In this document: positions 60,401 through 64,000 of the stretch, piece after piece
Position numbering within the stretch: the stretch's first letter is position 1
How the letters are laid out: every line of letters starts with the position of its first letter
Source: Macrostomum lignano
Taxonomy: Eukaryota
Direction: 5' to 3'
Assembly: GCA_002269645.1 (NCBI GenBank)
Contig: NIVC01000946.1
Coordinates: 186,001-250,000 of the forward strand
DNA length: 64,000 bases
Notes under the pieces: model-generated
What the model saw: only the letters and a program-made list of their open reading frames with translations
Databases searched by the model: none
What the model was told of the DNA's origin: nothing
Made by a program: the position numbers and the translations under genes

Positions 60401-63400
60401 GTTTTCCAGCACAATTCGTCCGTTATATGTGAGAAAGCAGATACTCGTTGAGGGCTTCAATGCAACCATATCTAAGCGCCATCTGAAGTCCAATGAGACT
60501 GCCACCGTGATGCTTTTCCTTAGAAACGGCTCGCATGTTTATTACATAATCTACCCAGGCGATGACAGAGTCTTCAACCAAACTGACGGACAAAAGTTGT
60601 CATCAGCAGCTCTGGACTTCCTAGAAATCAGCTATCCAGAGCCTGGTGCGTACAACTTGACGGTTTTTGCAGAGAACTATCACTCGTCTCAGACATCTGT
60701 TGTCGGTGAGATAATCGTGCAGCACGAGCTGACCAATGTGACCCAGACGGCTCCCACTGTAGTATCTACCGCCATCGTGAACTTCACTGTTGACCTGCTC
60801 TTCAACCAAATACCTTCTCCGACGAACGTTACCTGCAAGATTATATTTGGGACCAGCAGTCCTATAGTGGTTCATTTCGGTAATCAGTCAGAAAAATCTG
60901 TTGCTTTAGCCTGCAGAGCGGATCTGATTGGCCCGCCAATGCTCTTGCATTCTAACTGCTTTAATCTAGTGTCAAACCAGTCAGTGCAAAGCGAAGTGAG
61001 TTGTCAAGAACCAATCAGTGGCTTGCAGGTCTTTGGAGACTTGGTACACGAAAGAGGCCGACCGATTATAATGAATGCCACTGTAGCTTCAGGCTCGCAT
61101 TTGATTGGAACTTTTTTCTATGGTTTTGGTGACCTAAGGGACACCATACGAGCCTCTTCCCTAACAGACAAGAAGTTAGTGGCTAATTTTACATATGACA
61201 CAGTTGGCAACTACACGGCTACTGTTGTGCTGCGAAACGAGCTTGGAGAGCGGAACTCAACTCTGGGCCCGATAGTGGTTCTGGACCGGTTGTCGGAGTT
61301 GATGTTGGACTACAACAGCACCGTGGTTTACCCGACCGCCCCGCTCAGGGTGTGCCTCAGCCACGGGAGCAACAATGCCACGAATGTCTTCTGTGTGATT
61401 CGATTGAGTTCATTTTATCTCCAGCAAAAATACACCGATGTGCTGGGCCCCACCAATCCGCTGTGTTTTTCCACCAATCTACAAAGGGAGGCAATTGGAA
61501 ATCACAGCATTGAAGTAAACTGCTCCAATCTACTATCTCGGATTCATGAAGTCAGACTGATTACGGTTGAGCTCGATGCTGTGATTATTCAAAGCTTTCG
61601 CACTAACGGCAGCGTGCTCACATTCAATGCCAGCACATTTATTATAAAAATCGCCCGCTTCGGTACGTACGGCTGCTTTGCGGTAAACTTTGGCGACTCG
61701 ACGCCAGGTATGTGCTTCGGGGTAGCGCATCTGTGCCAGCCGTACGCTACCAGCAAAGGAATGAACTTTACCGAGATCACCTACTCAACTAATCTGGTTG
61801 TATTTGAGCATCTGTATTCTACACATGGAGCTTTCTCGGCACAATTGTATGCTTTTAATCACGTGAGCAACGATACAGCAGAGACTTTGGCATTGGTACT
61901 AGATCGCTACTGCTTTGAACCGCTTCTAAATTTTACACATAACGACACACGTATCGTTCCTTTCGATGTGGAAAACGCCCTGGAGATTCGCAGATCTGTT
62001 GATCTGTTAGTAAAATTAGAGCTGGAGTTGAATTGCACAAAGACAGACGTTATCTCAGGTATCTGGTGGATTGACACCTATCCGGAGCTGAGGCCCCTCG
62101 GACTGGCCCTGCCAGATTCTGTGGAGATGCGCCTGCAAAAGCGCAGTCTGCCTTATGGCCTGTACAGAGTCAGTCTCAACCTGAGCATGGTCGCTGTGCA
62201 ACCCGCCGTATCCGTGCAGCGTCAATTCTTTCTACGCATCGTTCCAACGCCAGTTCAGGTGGAACAGATTGGCGCACCAGCTCAAGTTGAATACGACCAG
62301 TTGGTGACGCTGACAGCGTCGCAGTATACCCACGATTACGACGTTGAGCCTGGCAACCTGACCGGCTTTCATTTTGTTTGGATGTGCCTGCAGCTGAGCG
62401 AGAACTCCAGCGCACCGTTTAATTTGACTAACTTTGTGTCGCCTCCTGCTAGCCAGGGTGTCAATAATTATAGAGGCTGCTATGGCAACGGATACGGTAT
62501 AGTGCTACAAGGTGACAGTGAGACAGCTGGAAATCTCACACTGAGTACCTACCACACCATGCCAAATGCAACATACCTGTTTAGACTGTTTGTTTATAAA
62601 GGATCGCGTTGGGACCTCAAAGAGATGGTTCTGTACGTTCGAACTCAGAAGGCTCCCGTGTTTGATATTAGGTAAAGGCATTTTTCGTTCTTTTCAAGCA
62701 TTTTTTAAATTGCATTTGACATTAAACTAACCATAAACCATGCCAAATGGCTCTCTCTAGTTGCGTTTCCAACTGCAACAGAAAGATCAGCTCAGAAGTT
62801 GATCTAGTCTACCAAGTTGATTGTCGACAATATTGCGGGCAAAAGTTCCAACCGCTGCAGTACTTGTGGCAGATGTACCAAGCAAATGTATCGGTACTTC
62901 GCATGGATGATCTGTCAGTCGTCAGCGGGAGCGGTAAGCTGGAGCACTTTCCCGGCACCTATCTGACTTTTTTCTGATTCTAAACACTCAAACGTAAGCC
63001 CAGATGCCCATAATATCCACCACTTTAGAAGGCTTCAGATCCGCCAGCTTCACTCGCAGAGCCAATACTCTGCCAAAGGCGAGCTACTATATTCTGAAGG
63101 TGACGTGCAGCAACTTCAGGCAGGAGGGTCCGGTTACACGTGAGCAAAGACTAATCGTGAACAGCCCGCCCTACGGAGGCAAGTGCGATGTAGCGCCACG
63201 CAACGGCACTGCCATGTCAACGAAGTTCCAAATAAGCTGCTGGGACTGGAAGGAGTTCGACATCGAGCTGGGCGGGATTCGCTACGAGTTTAAAATCCGC
63301 GAGCCTGGCAGCCGGCGAAAAATCCCGCTATTCTTTGGCAAAGTCTCCACTTCGCCGCGCATATTTTTCCCGCTAGGCAGCCCCAGCGCCAACTTACCGC

Positions 63401-63765
63401 TCTTGTGTCTGCGCTACTCATTGACTCGCTGGGTGACTCACAGAAATACGAGTTTCCTGTCACGGTACGTCTTAGAAGAATTTCAGAGAGTTTCAGTTTC
63501 CTTGCCACCCGCTGTACACAGACTGTTGCACCCTTTCTAGGTTTTACCCCCGCCAGTTTCTGTGGAAGTTCTCTCTGACAACATCTCTGACATTCTGACT
63601 GGCAGAAGCGAAGAGCTCACGAAATATTTCCAACTTAACGACCAACAAGGAGCCGCGTCGACAATGCTGTGCCTGGTGTCGCTAATGAACGTTGATTCCA
63701 AATACTTTCTAGGCGAGAATGCCACGGCCGAGGATGCCCAGTCAGCGATCAAGCGTATGACAGAA
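252..63765 (+). CDS. Giant multi-exon polycystin-1/REJ-family (PKD1-like) receptor ectodomain, partial at both ends; ~65 exons, ~6,000 aa in window
   Basis: GC-rich coding-like blocks bounded by AG/GT whose intron phases chain consistently across the window (weak junctions near 4442, 7149-8326, 18122-18641). Recognisable CTLD, kringle, FTP, F5/8C, LamG, FReD, EGF, PKD and REJ motifs occur in order. No start codon, TM segment or stop is seen in the window. Confidence 0.85.
784..1056 (+). CDS. Exon: Cys-containing linker module after CTLD (possibly PAN-like)
   Basis: ttttgcag| 784, |gtaagc 1057, phase 1-1; LDCQQPDGRCSRSIC. Confidence 0.6.
1186..1512. repeat. 20-bp minisatellite
   Basis: tacagtagtttcacctgtaa variants, ~16 copies. 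Confidence 0.9.
1614..2139 (+). CDS. Three exons (1614-1724, 1835-1975, 2059-2139): discoidin-like start plus divergent kringle
   Basis: all phase 1; GCHNPLLLED, GEVCKPW, EPRCY...DC; paralogous to 13879-14882. Confidence 0.6.
2168..2800. repeat. 30-bp minisatellite
   Basis: gccgattgttactccttcctgtgtcctgta, ~21 copies. Confidence 0.95.
2910..3571 (+). CDS. Two exons (2910-3137, 3332-3571): fucolectin/FTP-like jelly-roll domain
   Basis: WWLLLDLK...; C...ARYYVIL; 228 and 240 nt, phase 1; paralogous to 15123-15691. Confidence 0.65.
3724..4856 (+). CDS. Two exons (3724-3896, ~4442-4856): unassigned ~190-aa module
   Basis: open frames with GT-AG ends. The start at 4442 is inferred from phase and from alignment of FSHLRISH with FVGARIEH at 16299; that acceptor is weak. 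Confidence 0.5.
5110..5810 (+). CDS. Three exons (5110-5189, 5290-5439, 5669-5810): F5/8 type C (discoidin) domain
   Basis: FWSP...EYIQ|ASF; VKKVQLAYSNNG; PEVTAKAYRVY...FRWMLYGC. Confidence 0.8.
6026..6129. repeat. (TTCAG)n microsatellite
   Basis: ~20 perfect copies. Confidence 0.98.
6310..7148 (+). CDS. Three exons (6310-6546, 6841-6974, 7061-7148): FTP/fucolectin-like domain
   Basis: AVSST...AKYVNDGN, PYIAIDLERPRFVHSVIVY, ARYVGL...SVCEIEVYG; phases 1,1,0,1. Confidence 0.8.
6557..6781. repeat. ~42-46-bp minisatellite
   Basis: ctgggagcaatgcaccacctga(ga)nggctgctagacaccaga, 5 copies. Confidence 0.95.
7350..7652 (+). mobile_element. tRNA-derived SINE with CORE-like central domain
   Basis: A box tagcctagtagttagagc (7358) and B box ggttcgattc (7401), then gtgtccttgagcaagacagttaac...ctgtaaaatggg, then an AT-rich tail; second copy at 23720. 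Confidence 0.8.
7866..8113. repeat. 18-bp minisatellite containing CCAAT on the minus strand
   Basis: cgctgattggctccccct, ~14 copies. Confidence 0.95.
8327..8951 (+). CDS. Two exons (8327-8694, 8801-8951): divergent F5/8 type C domain
   Basis: VRYAYE; RPFQASIVELEPTGYSGQRAIKLDFLGYP; strong |gtgagc and |gtgagt donors. Confidence 0.75.
9054..11127 (+). CDS. Three exons (9054-9250, 10216-10517, 10907-11127): degenerate discoidin-like module then C-type lectin domain
   Basis: CPLGFVPHFDVCFRL...WAEALAHCQS; GWQWLDGDP...WVLDQP...FACQ; phase-2 junction 10517/10907 restores the frame. Confidence 0.8.
9430..10110. repeat. 10/11-bp minisatellite
   Basis: cacacagatc(c) variants. Confidence 0.95.
10571..10827. 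repeat. 20-bp minisatellite
   Basis: gtgaatgtctgagcttctat. Confidence 0.95.
11155..11350. repeat. 22-bp minisatellite
   Basis: ggggagctgtacattatccaat. Confidence 0.95.
11386..11664 (+). CDS. Exon: unassigned Cys-containing module following CTLD
   Basis: ctcccag| and |gtcagt, 279 nt, phase 1-1. Confidence 0.6.
11680..13713. repeat. 20-bp minisatellite, ~100 copies
   Basis: gtcacagcactaatacaggt. Confidence 0.98.
13879..14882 (+). CDS. Three exons (13879-14001, 14585-14722, 14808-14882): discoidin-like start plus kringle
   Basis: DCMQPLL; LNVTEAGVACLPW...SYC; PECY...C; all phase 1. Confidence 0.7.
14010..14450. repeat. 28-bp minisatellite
   Basis: tcagtagcactcagcaactctcctacaa. Confidence 0.95.
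15123..15691 (+). CDS. Two exons (15123-15350, 15455-15691): FTP-like domain, paralog of 2910-3571
   Basis: YYLLIDLKIEHTI; EWNA..GEEAFNDWALC; C...GRYLAV; first exon is the same 228 nt as its paralog. Confidence 0.7.
15952..17281 (+). CDS. Four exons (15952-16118, 16299-16670, 16901-17059, 17140-17281): unassigned module plus F5/8 type C domain
   Basis: VYVQ|VSF..LMWITVQG...YVYSYVLYFSETGNYW; LRLQLYGCP; phases match 3724-5810. Confidence 0.75.
17882..18121 (+). CDS. Exon: first half of an FTP domain
   Basis: AGRGNDGS...YWMVDLGQFTYITFIRV; 240 nt, phase 1-1. Confidence 0.8.
18642..18935 (+). CDS. Exon: complete kringle domain
   Basis: C...YYGMQNVTANGIPCQNW...NYCRD...GCYTTDPAVPYASC; tctcaacag| and |gtgagc, 294 nt, phase 1-1. 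Confidence 0.9.
19409..19747 (+). other. Intronic 112-aa acidic ORF ending FSGSFQNCTFQF; possible Crypton/DUF3504-type remnant
   Basis: only the C-terminal motif and acidic composition support this; no recombinase motifs seen. Confidence 0.2.
20134..20524. mobile_element. Foldback MITE: 154-bp TIRs, 83-bp spacer, 8-bp TSD; P-superfamily-like ends
   Basis: arms 20134-20287 and 20371-20524 are reverse complements with 1 mismatch; gctacggg duplicated at 20126-20133 and 20525-20532; ends CATGG...CCATG. Confidence 0.85.
21004..21878 (-). CDS. Nested antisense 3-exon gene (21878-21825, 21705-21379, 21279-21004): 218-aa putative secreted protein with two 6-Cys repeats
   Basis: ATG at 21878 gives MRGYLSLFLLIAVG (signal-peptide-like). 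Exons are 54, 327 and 276 nt, all phase 0, with donors gtgagt and gttcgc and acceptors ggtcag and cttcag. TGA at 21004. Confidence 0.75.
21993..22177 (-). promoter_or_regulatory. Putative core promoter of the nested gene
   Basis: TATAAATA on the minus strand at 22000-21993, ~115 nt upstream of the ATG; agCCAATca at 22177-22173. Confidence 0.5.
22833..23144 (+). CDS. Two exons (22833-22966, 23054-23144): second half of the FTP domain begun at 17882
   Basis: AEIILAN; ARFAGV...LSFAEFEVYG; 134 and 91 nt vs 134 and 88 nt in the paralog at 6841-7148. Confidence 0.75.
23163..23440. repeat. 16-bp minisatellite
   Basis: agactgagtattccgt. Confidence 0.95.
23515..24827 (+). CDS. Three exons (23515-23700, 24089-24282, 24683-24827): F5/8 type C domain
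   Basis: PVGLEDGAV; ISGLVTQGGG...YVTEFQLLYGDD; PILAKLVRFVP...ALRLEILGY. Confidence 0.9.
23720..24000 (+). mobile_element. Second copy of the same SINE with the B-box region deleted
   Basis: near-identical body (gtgtccttgagcaagacagttaactctg...gctgagctgtcggttgc) to 7350-7652. Confidence 0.8.
24903..24966 (+). mobile_element. hAT-like terminal fragment
   Basis: caggtgcaggcgaactccggcccgtgggccacat...ccggccc resembles hAT non-autonomous 5' ends; related caggggtcggcaaactacggcccg at 26728. Confidence 0.45.
25028..26140. repeat. ~1.1 kb polypyrimidine (CT/CTT/CTCTT) low-complexity tract
   Basis: essentially only C and T on + strand from ~25030 to ~26050. Confidence 0.98.
26507..27106 (+). CDS. Two exons (26507-26709, 26971-27106): degenerate discoidin-like module
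   Basis: DCPVVP...; SIRGC; paralogous to 9054 and 40652 blocks. Confidence 0.65.
26728..26752 (+). mobile_element. hAT-like terminal fragment
   Basis: caggggtcggcaaactacggcccg followed by CT-rich sequence. Confidence 0.45.
27280..28128. repeat. 16-bp minisatellite inside a dispersed repeat (copy 1)
   Basis: gagagtgtacatgcct, ~52 copies; shared flanks with 35958 array. Confidence 0.98.
28322..29286 (+). CDS. Two exons (28322-28538, ~28995-29286): C-type lectin domain
   Basis: CPFGFFRHKFSCF; WEWWDGSPVTWSFW...C...WNNIQC...FLCE; phase-2 junction. Confidence 0.85.
28655..28950. repeat. 32-bp minisatellite
   Basis: cccaatgacctaccatcctaccattaaatgca. Confidence 0.95.
29295..29790. repeat. 14-bp minisatellite
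   Basis: ctcacaaacagcac variants. Confidence 0.95.
29826..30732 (+). CDS. Two exons (29826-30015, 30508-30732): FTP/fucolectin-like domain
   Basis: AANDGDF...WWRVQL...RSD; C...YTCDWFGRFLTV...SEILVY. Confidence 0.8.
30748..30955. repeat. 39-bp minisatellite
   Basis: tagattagcaatccactttgcttattcattcatctaggc, ~5 copies. Confidence 0.9.
31008..31909 (+). CDS. Two exons (31008-31274, 31787-31909): PAN/apple-like module and linker
   Basis: C-x6-C...C spacing (RFCDQQLPAACAS...DCLL) resembling 43701 exon; GT-AG, phase 1. Confidence 0.5.
31280..31545. repeat. ~20-bp degenerate minisatellite
   Basis: ggaatcccctgctatg core. Confidence 0.9.
32017..33490. repeat. 21-bp minisatellite, ~70 copies
   Basis: atctcccagcggggatctctt. 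Confidence 0.98.
33524..35935 (+). CDS. Two exons (33524-34106, 35814-35935): LamG/pentraxin-like (concanavalin-A fold) domain
   Basis: VAVWPLD...FGP...TLCMYFYV...WRFVCITVD..GRLQI; LLFG...CVQLYKMAFT; phase-2 junction. Confidence 0.7.
34600..35480 (+). mobile_element. Degenerate, internally deleted RTE-clade LINE
   Basis: frameshifted APE motifs (VGTLNC, YDVIELQE, GVGMLI, CDHRLL) followed almost directly by post-RT motifs (SLLYNVETWTLT, SNAAL, RRLQL); no RT core seen. Confidence 0.7.
35958..36556. repeat. 16-bp minisatellite inside a dispersed repeat (copy 2)
   Basis: same unit and same 3' flank gacgattagaaagtcagggcc. Confidence 0.98.
36763..37281 (+). CDS. Exon: linker plus kringle-like domain
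   Basis: FAGKFCTQSGGRDACFPW...SAYDAGNNCR...C; 519 nt, phase 1-1. Confidence 0.7.
37370..37470. repeat. 20-bp minisatellite
   Basis: ctggtccttcattagcccaa, 5 copies. Confidence 0.9.
37578..39704 (+). CDS. Two exons (37578-37804, 39071-39704): two F5/8 type C domains
   Basis: WRAGSTDPDEWLQ...YYLLYSDD; PPIQAMYIRLY...KLELFG; VMSVVTAG...FELLYS...LRFGLLGY. Confidence 0.85.
37858..39037. repeat. 19-bp minisatellite
   Basis: gtcacacattcctgtctgt. Confidence 0.98.
39738..40480. repeat. 38-bp minisatellite (followed by a 40-bp triplet at 40527-40635)
   Basis: cacctgactgtcaagctgatatctgtcagactgcctgt. Confidence 0.97.
40652..41106 (+). CDS. Two exons (40652-40869, 40962-41106): degenerate discoidin-like module
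   Basis: ECPAVP...; VTAHSAVIRF...QLHFYGCP. Confidence 0.7.
41190..41830. repeat. 15-bp minisatellite
   Basis: accaaaaccccggac. Confidence 0.95.
41966..42921 (+). CDS. Two exons (41966-42158, 42680-42921): C-type lectin domain
   Basis: CPVNFYYLNGRCI...EYC; WQHWKAAEP..NC...W...C...ICE; phase-2 junction. Confidence 0.8.
42375..42620. repeat. 16-bp degenerate minisatellite
   Basis: cataaactcacaatcc. Confidence 0.85.
42990..43500. repeat. 16-bp minisatellite
   Basis: gggatttgagattcat. Confidence 0.95.
43701..43979 (+). CDS. Exon: PAN/apple-like module
   Basis: RCS...AIKACQYAGRATCSSI...CF...LC; ctcggcag| and |gtgagg. Confidence 0.55.
44056..46897. repeat. 32-bp satellite, left block (~88 units)
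   Basis: aattctgtagctaatgatctaattgacgaagg; resumes at 50953-50983 and 54506-55270. Confidence 0.98.
47560..48520. repeat. 24-bp satellite within Helitron copy 1
   Basis: gattattgcacttgataaaccaag family. Confidence 0.95.
48895..49620. repeat. 22-23-bp satellite within Helitron copy 1
   Basis: aatcatagaagcgtcatgtaaac. Confidence 0.95.
50563..50602 (+). repeat. Interstitial telomeric-type (TTAGGG)n
   Basis: six units, one variant ttcggg. Confidence 0.85.
50984..54505 (+). mobile_element. Second, 3'-truncated copy of the Helitron with a doubled 5' end
   Basis: tcccatatactaaaaatg at 50984 and tccatatactaaaaatgg at 51023; 51023-51700 closely matches 46898-47575; no terminal hairpin found. Confidence 0.65.
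51700..53775. repeat. 24-bp satellite within Helitron copy 2
   Basis: same family, about twice as long as in copy 1. Confidence 0.95.
54506..55270. repeat. 32-bp satellite, right block
   Basis: same unit as 44056-46897. Confidence 0.98.
55309..56229 (+). CDS. Three exons (55309-55457, 55701-55862, 56079-56229): F5/8 type C domain
   Basis: QQLE|ITF..AVTLMG...MTVYYSD; RYIYASKLIISP...MKIDLW; phases 1,0,0,1. Confidence 0.7.
56730..57683 (+). CDS. Two exons (56730-57006, 57349-57683): fibrinogen C-terminal (FReD) domain
   Basis: RSWSAYQNGF...FWLGHE...LRVD; FRI...YRLTVG...NGLTFSAYD...AWWF..C. Confidence 0.85.
57725..58085. repeat. 21-bp minisatellite with two alternating variants
   Basis: gccaagctcgtagctatcgta / gccaagctcgtagctattgca. 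Confidence 0.95.
58299..58442 (+). CDS. Exon: EGF/EB-like module
   Basis: TCQSDYNC...SVC...KCDCLVGW...C; 144 nt, phase 1-1. Confidence 0.75.
58516..62671 (+). CDS. 4.16 kb exon: three Cys-rich modules, several PKD repeats and start of REJ domain
   Basis: uninterrupted 1383-aa ORF. PKD motifs YPGDD...SYPEPGAYNLTVFAEN, YGFGD...YDTVGNYTATVVLRN, VNFGD...HLYSTHGAFSAQLYAFN. REJ-like LPYGLYRVSL and FHFVWMC. Very dense N-x-S/T sequons. Confidence 0.9.
62761..63765 (+). CDS. Three exons (62761-62933, 63029-63464, 63541-63765): REJ domain, with an apparent 1-nt frameshift near 63395
   Basis: CVSNC..K, NSPPYGGKCDVAPRNGTAMSTKFQISCWDW, and (shifted frame) IDSLGD...FPVT|VLPP. Confidence 0.8.
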
Positions 63766-64000
63766 GTAAGACATACGAGTAGAAAGTATTGATCCTTTAA
63801 CAGGTTTTTCCCTAGCTGAATCTGTGCGCCAGTCTGTCCCTAGTCTGTGCCCTAGACGGCTGGCAGAGCGTCTTGCATGCTGCATGCAGATTAGCACAAA
63901 AAATAACTCAGCAATGTCAAAGTTCGGGCGAGAACGGCATGTACTTAGGAAGATACTCTAGGCATCTTAGCTTTCATAGGATGCGCGCACATTTGTAACA

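Noticed and set aside
58578-62415. Minus-strand ORFs overlapping the big exon (and similar ones at 4430, 28213, 33217, 39053)
   Set aside because: Antisense shadows of GC-rich coding exons, with no independent features.
58516-62671. Bacterial (horizontally transferred) PKD-domain gene because the ORF is intronless
   Set aside because: It lacks its own start, is bounded by in-phase splice sites, is rich in N-glycosylation sequons and leads into the eukaryotic REJ domain.
63790-64000. Next exon of the polycystin-like gene
   Set aside because: Candidate acceptors give stops within 30 codons; I could not support a boundary, so it is left unannotated.

Overview
Repeat-rich animal genomic DNA, not prokaryotic. 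It shows GT-AG introns, SINE/LINE/Helitron remnants and TTAGGG repeats. The intron-filling minisatellites suggest a Macrostomum-type flatworm, which is an inference only. Almost the whole window is the interior of one + strand gene that starts before base 1 and continues past 64000. By hand I assembled about 65 phase-compatible exons (~18 kb coding, ~6,000 aa). They encode a giant mosaic ectodomain of C-type lectin, kringle, fucolectin (FTP)-like, F5/8 type C (discoidin), LamG-like, PAN-like, fibrinogen C-terminal and EGF-like modules, followed by three Cys-rich modules, PKD repeats and a REJ domain. This points to an unusually large polycystin-1/REJ family receptor. A ~20-exon block of the ectodomain is tandemly duplicated. 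The 3.9 kb intron at 18936-22832 holds a complete 3-exon antisense gene for a 218-aa secreted two-repeat Cys protein and a P-superfamily-like foldback MITE with an 8-bp TSD. The 11.3 kb intron at 43980-55308 is a 32-bp satellite split by satellite-carrying Helitrons. Many introns carry their own private minisatellite. Most long ORFs in the supplied track are artefacts of these repeats. All domain calls are by motif recognition; no database search was run.
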